Part shown: positions 49,526 through 63,172 of the stretch, piece by piece
Numbering within the stretch: position 1 is the first letter of the stretch
Layout: every line of letters begins with the position of its first letter
NCBI GenBank assembly: GCA_951406725.2
Contig: OX597817.1
Coordinates: forward strand, 140,926,001 to 140,990,000
Reading direction: 5' to 3'
DNA length: 64,000 nt
Source: Octopus vulgaris
Lineage: Eukaryota
Notes under the pieces: model-generated
Told to the model about the DNA's origin: nothing
What the model saw: only the letters and a program-made list of their open reading frames with translations
Database searches by the model: none
Translations under genes and position numbers: made by a program

Positions 49526-52500
49526 CAGGCTTCTATACAGTTTCCATCTGCTAAATTCACTGACAAAGCCTGAGGTATAGTAGAAAATATTGCCCAGGAT
49601 GCCACACAGTGAAGTGAACCAGAAAACATCTGGTTGCAAGGGAATCTTCTCAACCATGCACCCATATTTGAGCAATTGTTCAAATCAATTACACAGCCAC
49701 AGCTTCATAGCGTGAGATGTTTAAAAAAATCAAAAGAACAAATGGTGCAAACTTCAACTATTTAATTTGGCAATGAAAAAACAATGTTTAATTCTATTAG
49801 ATTTCTATTATTTAAAGAACAACATTAATTTCTTCATCATCATCATCGTTTAATGTCCGCTTTCCATGCTAGCATGGGTTGGACGATTTTGACTGAGGGC
49901 TTGCGAACCAGAAGGCTGCACCAGACTCCAATCTTAATCGGACAGAGTTTCTACAGCTGGATGCCCTTCCTAACCCCAACCACTCCGAGAGTGTAGTGGG
50001 TGCTTTTTACATGCCACCAGCACAGGGGCCAGTCAGGCGGTACTGGCAATGACCTCGCTCGAATCTTTTTACAGGTGCCAGTAAAACAATAAAAACTAAA
50101 AAGGACTAAACTTTAGACTAGAAGAATTAGGTTTCTTACTTAGAGGTACACAGTGAAGAAATATAGATTAAAAAATACAGATTTTGCTGTAACATAGACA
50201 GAACTATTGCCAAAATCTTAGTGACAGAAAATTAGCAGATTATATTAATACACCTCAGAGAAAGAACTGAGACAACCAATGTGGCTAAGAGCCAAGGAAT
50301 TACTGTGTTAAGTTCTTCAAATGTTGTAATTGAAATGATATAAAAAAATAAGGAGTCTTGTTCAACAACCAAAAATAGCAGTAGTAGGGAAGTTTTAAAG
50401 GAACAGACTACTGGTGATCAGATTCAAACCTCACCAGGCCCTTGAACAAGTTACATTACTTCATTTATTTGGGCACTTTTCACTGCTTGTTTAATTGGCT
50501 GTGGAAGGGAAATAGTTGATGACTCAAACAGATCAAACTAATTTGATGAAAAAAGTCGTTGCTACTTCTCTAACATAGAATTTAAAAACAATGACGAATA
50601 GAGAAAATTTAATTATTATATATTATGATGCACAAAGTTCCCCACCTCCATGTTAGAATAATCTGCATATATCATCATCATCATTTAACATCCGTCTTCC
50701 ATGATGACATGGGATGGATGGCTTGAAAGGAGCTGACAAGGCAGAGGGTTGTACCAAGTTCCACTGTCTATTTTAGCATGCTTTTTACGGTTGGATGCCC
50801 TTCCTAATGCCAACCAGTTTACAGAGTGGACTGGGTGCTTTTTACATGGCACCAGCAGTGGTGAAGCCTACTTTGACATGATTTTCACAGCTGAATACCT
50901 TTTCTAATGCCAACCGCTTTATAGACTAGACTGGGGGGCTTTTATGTCGCACCAGCAAGGTCTGCTTTGGCATAGCTTTTACAGTTGAATGCTCTTCAAA
51001 AAACACCAGCCATTTTACAGTGTGGACTGGATGCTTTTTACATGGCACCCACACCAGTGGGATCACCAAGTAACTTTCAAGACAAAGATCCTTTGAGAGT
51101 GGGGTGGTACAGGAGGAGGTGGATTAGCACCATATGATGAGAAGTTAGAGTATGACAGAGGGAAGAAAAAAGGGGCTTTGCTGTAGAGGAGATACGTGGC
51201 AGTATGAGAGGGGGAAAGTAGCAGATGGGAGTCAGAGGGAGAGAGTGAATAAGCAAGAGGGAGTGAAAGAGCAAGAGAGCATGGGTGAGATTTGCCGTAA
51301 AATGGGATGGCAGAGCATTGCTAAGGGTGCATGAGTAAAGAGTTCTCATGAATGCAATGAGGAGGATGGAAGAGGAGAGGGGATGCAATGACTGGTGAAA
51401 CTTGGGTATAGAGGGGATAGCAATGATACAGTGAGTAGGGCAGTGAGGACAGGACTGAACTGCAGGAGTAGCGAGGGAGAGATAAACACAGTGCATGATA
51501 TAGAGGAAGAAGAGGAGATGCAGTTTGGTTTAATGGGGTGCAAGGGGGTTGTGAAACATTTTTTAATGTTACATGTGGGTGGAACACACAGCACTTCCAG
51601 AACTCAGTTTTATTGAGGTGGGCAGATTTTCTCATTAACTTCATATCACTAAACATCTAGGGCCTTTATCATCTCCTCTATGAGCCCCAACATCTTGAGA
51701 TCAGTCCTCACTACTTCATCCCATGTCTTCCTTGGTCTCTCTCTTCCACATGTGCCATCCACTCTAAGTGATTGGCACTGCTTTATGCAGTTGTCTGCAT
51801 TCATACACATCACATATCCAAACCAGCATAGTCATCTCTCTTACATGCTGCTGCGAAGACCTGTTGGGGCAAGTGAAATCGAAATCAGAATCGAAATTGA
51901 ACCAATCCTATGACTGGTACCCGGCAGTTGCCAGGACCGCTGGACTGACTCCTTTGCAGGTGGCAAGTGAAGAAACACCATTTCGACCCTGTGCTTGAGG
52001 AGATCCATTGAGTCAAGTACACCAACATCAAAATCAATGGAAACTGCAGCTGTGATCCCTGTGCCGGTGGCACGTAAAAGGCATCATCTGAATGTGGCCG
52101 ATGCCAGCGCCGCCTAGACTGGCTTCCGTGCCGGTGGCACATAAAAAGCACCATCCGAATCGTGGCCAATGCCAGCACCGCCTTGACTGGCTTCCGTGCC
52201 GGTGTCACAAAAAATGCACTAAATCGATCGTGGCCGTGGCCAGCCTCGCCTGGCACGTAAAAAGCACCCACTACACTCACGGAGTGGTTGGCGTAAGGAA
52301 GGGCATCCAGCTGTAGAAACACTGCCAGATCAGACTGAGCTTAGTGCAGCCTTCTGGCTTCCCAGACCCCAGTCGAACCGTCCAACCCATGCTAGCACGG
52401 AAAATGGACATTAAATGATGATGATGATGATATATATATATAGAGAGAGATATATACATGCACGCACACACACACACACACACACACATCAGTGGTGCCT

Positions 52501-54101
52501 GGTGGTAATATTAAACTAGGTGATGGGTTAAGTATACCAGCCAAGTAGGCCACATTAAGATTTAAATTTAGGATGCAAAGCACCAGAAGAGAAACTACAA
52601 AAAATCTGGCCTGATATTCTTTCAGTTCCACTAAGCCAATGCTGTAGGTTGGGACTTCTGAAAGGCAATGTCAGCATAGCAGGATTTGAACTCAGCATGC
52701 AGAGTGTTGGAAAGAATACACATTGAATGCTGTCTATGTGTAAGATCTTCATCTCCCTGACTACATTTTAACTTTGTAGAATCTTAGTGTCAAAAGACAA
52801 GAAAATAATGTATCATTGCAATGGTGGTGGACCGGTTCCTACAAGTCAAGTGATTACCATCAAACACTGTCTCCAGTTGTGGAAGTTTCAGAAGGTTAGA
52901 CAAATTAACTAACTTACAGTAATTGCTAAAGTCAAAATAAAATTACTTCATCACTTGTTTTTGAACTGAGCAAACACTGATAGAGGCAGCAAAAGGAACC
53001 GGCCTCTGATAATAAACTGCAGCCTGTTGGACAGTTTTTAACACACAAATTCTAGAGTCATGGCAATTTTAAAAGGACCAGGCAAATATTGGTGTTGACA
53101 TGTTAAGAGTTATGAGATCAATTTAGGACAAAAATTTGTCTCAGTGAAGTGCTGACAGAGAAAAACTATTAAATATAAAACCTGGCTTCCATGCCGGTGG
53201 CATGTAAAAAGCACCAACCGATCTTGGCCGTTGCCAGCCTCCCCTGGAATTCTGGTAAGATTTTCTAATACAACTAAATTCAATTCGATAAATTATTGTA
53301 ATTTATTTTTACGGCACCTGTGCCAGTGGCACATAAAAAGCACCCACTACACTCACGGAGTGGTTGGCGTTAGGAAGGGCATCAAGCTGTAGAAACACTG
53401 CCAGATCAGGCTGGAGCCTGGTGCAGTCTCCTGGCTTCCCAGACCCCGGTCGAACCGTCCAACTCATGCTAGCATGGAAAACGGACGTTAAACAATGATG
53501 ATGAATATGATGTAATAATTAAAATAACAATTGCTTCAAATTCTGGCACAAGGCCAGCAATTCTGAGGGGAGAGACTAATCAATTACATCAACTACAGTA
53601 CTTGACAGGTACTTATTTTGTTGACACCTGAAATGATGAGAAGCAAAGTTGACCTCAGCAGTACTTGAACTCAGAACATAAACAGCCAGAAGAAATGCTT
53701 GCTAAGCGTTTTGTTTGACATGACAATCATTCTGCCAGCTTGCCACCTCAATAATAATAATAATGATAATAATACTAACGATATTAATAACACTAGCAAT
53801 GAAACTTCATTAGCTTAAAATTCTGAATCAATTAATTGTTTTCATTAACCAATCAGTATTTACAAAGATTCCATAGTAGAAGGATGAATGGTAAATTGGT
53901 GAGTAATAGCAAATGGATCGATAAATACTGTCAAAGAATCACCAACTAGCAAGAATTTGACCTTTGCAGTCATTTGGCCATACAGTTGAGAACATGGGTG
54001 AAGTTGGAATTGTCTGCCAGAAGTTATAAATGATGGTAATGGAAAAAGAAAAGAAAAAAAATAGAAAAATTTAGCAATATCCTGAAATGACAAATTCTCA
54101 C

Positions 54102-54198
54102 CGTTTAAAAGCAGAATAACACTTCCAAGACGCTGCACAGGACGTATCATTAATTCAACTAGAGTTTGTCGACCACATTCTGGTTTGTTAAGAGATAC
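54102..54198 (-). CDS. ECT2: ECT2 exon, DH domain (VSLNKPECGRQTLVELMIRPVQRLGSVILLLN)
   Basis: AG/GTGAG boundaries, 97 nt, phase 0/1. PECGRQxLxELxIRPVQRL is the ECT2 DH CR3 motif. Confidence 0.96.
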
Positions 54199-54469
54199 CT
54201 GAAACACAAGAAATAATTGAGTCTATTGAAACGAGAAATTCTGTTCTGTTATTTTCATGTCACCACTATTATTATTATTACTATTATTATTATTATTATT
54301 AGTTAAGCAATGTTTCTGGTTTCATAGAAGCCATGTTCTTACACATTTAGAACAGAGACAAATAGTGAAAACAAATATCCACATCAGCAGATATTAAATA
54401 AAATTGGAAGAAATAGTTTGAAATAGAGTTTTTTCTAACACAACGCACACACACACACACACGCATGCG

Positions 54470-54530
<61 letters not shown>

Positions 54531-55599
54531 TCATCATTATCATCATCATCATCACATTTCTAATTTATTGCTTTCTTGCTTCACTTGAAGCTACCTTTCG
54601 ATTCATGATCAACATTAAATATCTTTTTCACTATGTTTTATAACAGGGACAGCCATCCAGGTGCTCAGATATAAAATGTACCCCCAGCACATACTGTAAA
54701 AGAGTAGGTAAACAAGCAGATGAAACATAGAGCGGAAGGATCTATTCTGCTGTGTCTTGTCAAAGACATGAAACCTTCTCTAGAATTGGTGCCATGACAA
54801 AATATACCCAGTACACTCTATAAGATGGTTAGTGCCTGAGTAGAGAGAAGAGTGAGCTGAGAGTATCTTTTATGCTATGTCTTATAAACAACCTAACTTC
54901 TCTAGTGATGTAGCCGTAATAAAACGATATAAAATGCATCTTATACACAGTGCAGCCATAGAAACCAAGCTAAAAATGAAACACAAGTGCAAGACATGGC
55001 CCTCTGGCCCATCTATGAGAGAGTAATTCAGAATAAGAATTGACTCAGGTCATGATGACCCAGCCAATCAATGCCAACATGGAAAGCAGACATATGGTGA
55101 TGGTGATGATGAAGATGGTACCTATGGCTAAGAACGTTACCATTTTGATTATATAACTAATTTCAATGCTTCAATTATCACTCTTGTTTTAATTTGTTTG
55201 TCTTCTTCCTTAATTGTACACAACACCAAAACATACAGCCTTTTCAATCAAGAACCCATTATTGTAAATTATAATAATTGTCTAATGCAATATTTCCGAC
55301 AATCAAACCAACTACCTTTCAATCAAGGCAGGTCTTATCGCAGATGTCTAGAAAATACAAGTAGCTTCACAAAATACTAAATAACATTGACATATATTCC
55401 AATAAAAAAAATAATAATTTCAAAGGAACAAAGATATATGATAATAACTGAAGGCTGTTTAATAACAGTATTGATGGAAAATATAATTCAAACAGTTGTG
55501 CACACAAAAAGAAAGGATTTCTCACTTGGTGAAGTCACGGTCAACAACAAGCAATAAACGATTTTGTATACAGCTCTCAAGTGCTAAAAAATATTCCAT

Positions 55600-56465
55600 C
55601 ATCCCTCAACTCACTACTCCCACCACCTCTTTACTCCTACATCTCACCAAATCTTGACCCTCCAACTCCCTTACCCCTCTATCTCTTGACCCTCTGATCC
55701 CTCCTGACCCCATCATCTAACTCTCTACTCACTTACCCCACCTCATAACTAACCACTATCTTATCCCACCCTCTCTTGATTTTACTCCCTAACCCCACCA
55801 TTTCTTGCCTTTCTACTCCTTTACTCCACCATATTTTGACTCTCTACTTCCATCATCTTTTGACTTCACTCTCTTATCCTACACCTCACTATCCCTTGGT
55901 TTTATTCCCTCACCCCATCATCTCTTGGCCCTCTAATCCCTTACCCCACTATCTCAACTCTCTGATCCCTTACCCCATCATCTCTCGACACTCAACTCCT
56001 TTACCTCACCATTTCTTGGCTCTCTACTCCCTTACCACATCATCTTGATGTTCTATTCCCTTACCCCACCATTTCTTGGATCTACTCCTTTACCCCACCA
56101 TCGCTCAACTACTCCCATTATGTCTTGACTCTACTCTCTTATCCCACTATTTGTTGACTCTATACTCCAGTATCCCACCATCTCTTGATTTTTCTACTCC
56201 CTTACTTCACTATCACTTGACTCCCTACTCCCATCATTTCGTGACCATACTCTCTACTCCCACCATCTTACCCAACCATCTCGTGGGCCTACTCCTATCA
56301 TCTCTTGACTGTTCTTTTATCCCACTACCTCTTGACTCTCTCCTCCACTATCCCACCATCTCTTGACTCTCTACTCTCATATCCCACCATCTCTTGACTT
56401 CACTCCAATATCCTCTCTCTTGACTCTCAAATCTCATCCATACCCCACTGTCTCAACTCACTACT
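55600..56465 (+). repeat. Pyrimidine-rich degenerate minisatellite, unit about 30 bp
   Basis: Recurrent ATCTCTTGACTCTCTACTCCCTTACCCCACC variants. Confidence 0.8.
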
Positions 56466-56700
56466 ACATTACCAAAATACTGTCTTTTCCATTTTGTAAT
56501 TTTTACCCACTGAAGGGCAAAATCAGCTCAACAAATCTTTCCATATAGAAAACCTTCAACCTAAATTTAACATTTTCTTGTGTAGTTCTTTCCCTTTTAA
56601 TCTGCTGCTTCTTCCTGACTCAACAAGATTCAGTTTTTCCACATGCAGCCCAGCTCTAATTAAGCAACTGTTCAAAGAAATGTTACATGGATAATGAACA

Positions 56701-57058
56701 CTAGCACTATGACCCGGCAACGTGCTAGTGCATGCATATACAGCTGCGTGTGTGCACGCATACACGCGAGTACTGTCCAAATCTCTGACCAATCACATAC
56801 AGCTAGCTGGCATTCAATTGGCGTATCAAGTTTCAGGCATTTTGATTGGGTTTTGGATAGAAAATTCACAAAAAAGTCACTTCTATTGATTTTTTTAATG
56901 GCTTTGCAGAGTGACTGGGGAATTGTAAAGATGTGCATGACCACCCTTGGATGGTTTTCAATGACCATAGAAAGTGCGAGCCTTCTAACTGAAAAATTGT
57001 GGATTTGTATAAAGGATACACACACAGACAGACATTTTGCCATTTATATATAGAGAGA
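56701..57058 (-). mobile_element. Non-autonomous Helitron
   Basis: Minus strand A|TCTCTC start, GCACGTTGCCGGGTCATAGTGCTAG|T end. About 190 bp shared with 58848-59049. Confidence 0.75.
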
Positions 57059-57499
57059 TGAAGCAGCAGAGAATGTTAGAAAGAGCGGAAATGAGAATGG
57101 CTCAGTAGGTAGAAGATGGCCAAATAGTCGCGAGAGAAGAGAAAGACAATGAATGAATTTCAAAGCAATATGGGAATTTAGCCAATGATGGATCTATGCT
57201 ATGAAGTGAAGTGGATTTAGATGGTCATGTGCTGAAGAAGGACTGTGTGAGGGGGCTGATGGAAAATAAAGGGGAAGCAAAGGAGAGCGATTGATAAAGA
57301 CATGGTTAAAGGTAGAAATGAACAGAAAAGGGATGTAAGGGACAGAGAGGACTGTCACAAAGACTGTAGGGATAACTTTTGCTTTAGCTGGAAGTGTGGC
57401 CTTAAAATACTGTTGTTGTTGAACATGGCTCTATACTTCCAGAAAACTGGAATTCTGGTAAGATTTTCTAATACAACTAAATTCAATTCGATAAATTTT

Positions 57500-58504
57500 G
57501 GCACAAAGCCAGCAATTTCAGGACAGGGGTTAAGTCAGTTACATCAACCTGTTTTCAACTGGTACTTATTTTATCAACTCTGAAAGGATGGAAGGTGAAG
57601 TCAACATTAGTGGAATTTTGAACACAGAACATAAAGACAGATAAAATGCTACTAAAAACATTTGTCTGGTGAGCCAACAATTCTGCCAGATTACCACCTT
57701 AATAATAATAATAATCCTTTATACTATAGACACAAGGCCTGAAATTTGGTGGGAGGGAGTCAGTCAATTAGATTGACCCCAGTGTGTAACTGGTATTTAA
57801 TTTATCGACCTCGAAAGGATGGAAAGCAAAGTTGACCTCAGTGGAATTTGAACTCAGAATGTAGTGACGGGCAAAATACCACTAAGCATTTCATCTAGAA
57901 GTGCTAACGATTCTTATTTCTTTATTGCCCACAAGGAGCTAAACACAGAGGGGACAAACGAGGACAGACAAAGGGATTAAGTCGATTACATTGACCCCGG
58001 TGTGTAACTGGTACTTAATTTATCGACCCTGAAAGGATGAAAGGCAAAGTCGACCTCGGCGGAATTTGAACTCAGAACGTAACGGCAGATGAAATACCTA
58101 TTTCTTTACTACCCACAAGGGGCTAAACACAGAGGGGACAAACAAGGACAGACACACGGATTAAGTCGATTATATTGACCCCACTGCGTAACTGGTACTT
58201 ATTTAATTGACCCCGAAAGGATGAAAGGCAAAGTCGACCTCGGCGGAATTTGAACTCAGAACGTAGCAGCAGACGAAATACCTGTTTCTTTATTACCCAC
58301 AAGGGGCTAAACACAGTGAGGACAGACAAACGGATTAAGTCGATTATATTGACCCCAGTGCATAACTGGTACTTATTTAATCGACCCCAAAATGATGAAA
58401 GGCAAAGTCGACTCGGCGGAATTTGAACTCAGAATATAGCAGCAGAGGAAATACCGCTAAGCATTTCGCCCGGTGTGCTAACGATTCTGCCAGCTCGCCG
58501 CCTT
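57500..58504 (-). mobile_element. Head-to-tail cluster of five Nin-like tRNA SINE copies
   Basis: Units at about 57500-57700, 57720-57913, 57915-58098, 58099-58281 and 58282-58504, each with GAAAGGATG(A/G)AAGGCAAAGTCGACCTCGGCGGAATTTGAACTCAGAA-like sequence. Confidence 0.9.
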
Positions 58505-58847
58505 CATATAATTCTAATAACAGACAAAAATCAATAAAAAACTTAGATCACAGACAGACATAACTAAGATTGAGTCAACTTTTTTTTCCAATAATAATGA
58601 TTTCTGACTAACACAAGGCCAGAAACATTTTAGAGAAGAAGACTTCAATCAGTTGAATCAACCCTGCAGTTTGCTCATCAATTTATTAACAATCCCTCCA
58701 TGCCTTTCCCTACCAAAGAATGAAAATAAATCTACTTTGGCAAGACTTGAACTCAAACTGTAAGGTAACAAAACTATAATGGGACATTTAGTCCAGGTCC
58801 TCAAGTATGTTGACCAAACCAATAAGAGTTTCTAACAATATCATATA

Positions 58848-59049
58848 TCTCTATATATATAAACGGCAAAATGTCTGTGTGTGTGTCCTTTATACAAATC
58901 CACAATTTTTCAGTTAGAGGGCTCGCACTTTCTATGGTCATTGAAAACCGTCCAAGGGTGGTCGTGCACATCTTTACATTTCCACAGTCACCCCGCAAAG
59001 CCATTAAAAAATCAATAGAAGTGACTTTTTTGTGAATTTTTAGTGCTAG
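58848..59049 (+). mobile_element. Internally deleted Helitron of the same family as 56701-57058, opposite orientation
   Basis: A|TC...TAGTGCTAG|T; near-identical 5' part; lacks the subterminal hairpin. Confidence 0.75.
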
Positions 59050-60611
59050 TATATATATATATATTTCATGGAGTGGAGGGAGGCTTCATCATCATCGTTT
59101 AACGTCCGCTTTCCATGCTAGCATGGGCTGGACGGTTCAACTGGGGTCTGGGAAGCCAGAAGGCTGCACCAAGCCCAGTCTGATCTGGCAGTGCTTATAA
59201 TTGATTAAATCACTGCTTCCCCACCCCCATCACCACCACCAACTGCCGTTTAAATTTCTTCACTCATTGTCATTGTTTTACAAGTTCTTTCCATGCTAGA
59301 ATGTGTTCTTGACATGTTCTTGATGCCTCCTTAGATGAGTCAGAGGACAAAATTTCATTTGCTTTGTATGCCTGGATGCCCTTCCTAACACCAGTCACTT
59401 TATAGAGAGCACCAGGTACATTTTTGTGGTACCAGTACCAGCAGAGAGATGGCATGTCCTCAAAAAAGTCTAAAGATCGTCTCAACCCAGCCCTATACTT
59501 AGGAATGCACTGGGTGCATTTTATTATGGCACCAGTACCAGAAAGGAAAAAGGAGGAGATAAAAATGGACAAGTGAATAATGGATGTTGATACCAAACGA
59601 CCAGTGGGGACAGTGAATCTAAGCAGTGATTCCAAATGACCAATGAATCTAGTAATTCTAGGCAGTGTAAGGGATACATGCAGGTCTGAAGAGGTATCTG
59701 AAGTATATACCTCAGGTTGGTGAGAGAGTTAGGGTGAGATGGATAAGCTAAGAGTGTAGTCTTGGTGATGGAGTTAGATCGGTTCAGTAGCAGCCAGAAG
59801 GGAAAATGGCAAAGTTTACCATGGAAAGATTTGAACTCTGGACAAAATGTGTTGTAACTAAATACCATAATGCATTTTGTCCAGAGCTCTACCAATTCTG
59901 CCAATCCACTAAGATTTAGGTTTACTCCAAGACATCTGAAATTGTCATGCTGTATCTCTAAATATTCTAGGATTAATGAAAGCATGCCAGAGCAGCCAAC
60001 TGGCTTCCATGCCAGTGGCATGTAAAAGGGCACCATTCGAGTGTGATTGTTACCAACGTCGCCTTACTGGCACTTGTGCTGGTGGTATGTGTAAAAAGAT
60101 TTTTGTGAGGTCGTTGCCAGTACCGCCTGACTGGCCCCCGTACCAGTGGCACGTAAAAAGCACCCACTACACTCTCGGAGTGGATGCTGTTAGGAAGGGC
60201 ATCCAGCTGTAGAAACTCTGCCAAATCAAGATTGGAGTCTGGTGCAGCCATCTGGTTCGCCGGCCCAAAGTCAAAATCGTCCAACCCATGCTAGCATGGA
60301 AAGCGGACGTTAAACGATAATGATGATGTCTCTTCTGTGATATCTCTAACAGTAGCCACCAATACTAACATATTTTATCACCACACAAACTATAGTATGT
60401 GTGTGTTATGTGACTTTTGAATCCACAATCTACAGTTATGCTGAAATGCAATAGAAACATTAAACCCACTAAAAGATTTTTTAGTGTCAGCACTTAGATC
60501 CAGTCACACGATCTCAAAAGTCGTTTTGGGGTAGTAACTGCAATTTCTTAAGCAGTAGCATCATAGAAACAGTAATACTTCTGAACAGGATGCTGGTGTA
60601 TCACGGTTAAT

Positions 60612-60882
60612 ATAATAATATAATAATGAAATTATTGTATACGGTGCTCAGGTGCACCACAACTTGTCAAAAGTGCATATAAAGTATATGCAATAATGTA
60701 CAAATGTCTGGAAAGCGAACAGTGTATGAGTCAGATACATGCTTGCATGTGTATAGAGGTGAGAAAATCAGGTGTAGTGTTGGCGAATCTCAGGAAGCAT
60801 GGAAGTTTTGAAGGATGCAGTGCTCCGACAACTAACAACTGATGCCGGCAGTCTGTTCCATACTTCAGCAACTCTTAGCGTG
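60612..60882 (-). mobile_element. CR1-type LINE 3' end
   Basis: TLRVAEVWNRLPASVVSCRSTASFK C-terminal motif, short 3' UTR and (ATT)n tail. Confidence 0.8.
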
Positions 60883-61582
60883 TTCCTAGATAATCTGGAA
60901 TTCACTCTCAAACACCAGTGTCAACTGGAATCATCATCATCATCATTTAGCGTCCACTTTCCATGCTAGCATGGGTTGTATAGAATTAATTAACAAAATA
61001 CCAGCCACAGCAGGTTTGAACTCACAACTTATGCACCACATCGACATTCTGTTATCTACTCATCATCATCCGTCTCATTTTAGAATCTGTAGAATGTACG
61101 CAATATTCCCTCTTAAATACCTCTTTTCCCGAAATTCTTTATTGCTAAAGTCTATACAGTATACTAAATTATCATCATCACCACTTTAATTTCCACTTTT
61201 CCATGCTGGCATGGATTAGACGGAGTTCATTAAGCAAATTTTCTACAGCTGGGTGCCCTTTCTGTCACCAACCCTCATACTTTAATCCGTGATCTCCTAG
61301 CATAAAGACTCTTCCCTTGGTGTTTGTAGTCTTACAAGCAGCATAGCAATCTTACTTGCAGAACAAGAAAAGCTGATACCATGAAAAAAGCACCCAGTAC
61401 AAATTGTGAAGTGGCAGATGTTCGGAAGAGCATCCAGCTGTAGAATCCATGCCAAAGCAGAGAATGGAGAAGAATGGATGCATCTTGGATGCATCTTGGA
61501 TGCATTGGATCCTGTTGAACTGTCCAACTCATACCAACATGGAACATCGATATTTAAACCACGGTGGTAATGGGGCATGCAT

Positions 61583-61626
<44 letters not shown>

Positions 61627-62048
61627 CAGGTTTCTTTCAATTTGTCTACCAAATCCACTCAAAAGGCTTTTGTTAGCCTAGGATAACAGGAGATACTTGC
61701 CCAAGGTGCCATGCAGTGGAACTGAACCTGAAACCATGTAGCTGGGAAGCAAATTTCTTAACCATACAACCATACCTGTATACAAAATATTTTATTCAAA
61801 AATCCCTCCACCCCTTAAAACCTTACTTCTAAAGTCTCTGTAATATACAAAATATTTATACCAGTCTCCTCTCTCTCTAAACTTATGCAATACATTTTGC
61901 TGCCAAATTCCTTCCTCTCCATTTTAGCAACATCCAAGAACTCTAACTTTGAGCATGAATTCTAATTTCTGTACAAAAGATTTTTTTTTTTTTTAATGAT
62001 AAGAACTCCAAGATGAGTTGAAATAAGAAAATGCTTTGGTTGAATTAC

Positions 62049-62159
62049 CTTTAAGAATGCATGAAATCTAGGATTCTTCTTTTCACATTCCAGAATACTC
62101 TCTTTTGTTTTTTCGAAAAAGTTCACAAATGGGGGATACGCTTTTACCAATTTATCCGC
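62049..62159 (-). CDS. ECT2: ECT2 RhoGEF exon, DH domain (ADKLVKAYPPFVNFFEKTKESILECEKKNPRFHAFLK); upstream exons lie outside the window
   Basis: AG acceptor at 62160-61, GTAA donor at 62045-48, 111 nt, phase 0/0. Matches the human ECT2 segment LVKTYPPFVNFFEMSKETIIKCEKQKPRFHAFLK as recalled. Confidence 0.95.
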
Positions 62160-62916
62160 CTAATCAATAAAAACAGATTAAAAGAATATTATAACAATGG
62201 CAATTCCATCTTGTTGCTGTGATTTAGAGTTATCTAAAGAAATTGAAAACTAATGAAACACCATTTCACAAGTGAATGGCTAAAATCAAACAAGGTAACT
62301 AATAAATTGTTTTTTTTTATTAGCCACAAAGGCATGAATGAAAAGAGGAATAAAAAAATATGTGTACTGCATGAACCAAAAGTTACAAACAAGTCTATAA
62401 TTTCAATAAGCTTATTCTAATTATTATATTTGATGACATCCCAATTTCAGCAGCGCATATTCAGAGGAAAAATGGATTTTAGTGCATTAAAACTTATAGG
62501 AAGCCTAACTTTGCCTATAGGGATGATTTTTCTGAGACTGATTTTTTTTTTAAGTGCATTTTCTCTGCCATCAAATACAGTAATTAGTACTTTTCTTAAA
62601 TACTGTTAGGAAGTATTGAAACTCCAATCATGACTTTTTAATATTTTAATAACAATATAAGAAAAATACAAAAAAGAAAATAAAAGAAATTTATTAAAAA
62701 CTGAGATTGTTTTGTGACTTTTGACTCAGCTGGTATATGTCTAACTTTTTACACCCTATCCAACTCTGGCCATCACTTGCAAACAAGGATGACCTGTAAC
62801 AAAATACTACACTTCCACTAAATACTCTAGGTGTCGATGTATTCCTCAAAAGTCATCAACACTCAACCCTCTCGCCCCTTGATTCAGTGGAACACTGAAG
62901 GGGAGAGAGTGGGCTG

Positions 62917-63172
62917 GACCAGTACTGGGTAGCTGGTACTAATTTCAACTGACTGGATCTACATGAAATGAAGTGACCAGTACTGGGTAGCTGGTACTAA
63001 TTTCAACTAGTGAACTGACTGGATCTATATGAAATGAAGTGACCAGTACTGGGTAGCTGGTACTAATTTCAACTAGTGAACTGATTGGATCTACATGAAA
63101 TGAAGTGACCAGTACTGGGTAGCTGGTACTAATTTCAACTAATGAACTGATTGGATATACATGAAATGAAAT
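62917..63172 (+). repeat. Tandem repeat, 4 units (58 + 3x66 bp), derived from SINE-like sequence
   Basis: Unit GACCAGTACTGGGTAGCTGGTACTAATTTCAACTAGTGAACTGA(C/T)TGGATCTACATGAAATGAAGT. Confidence 0.92.
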
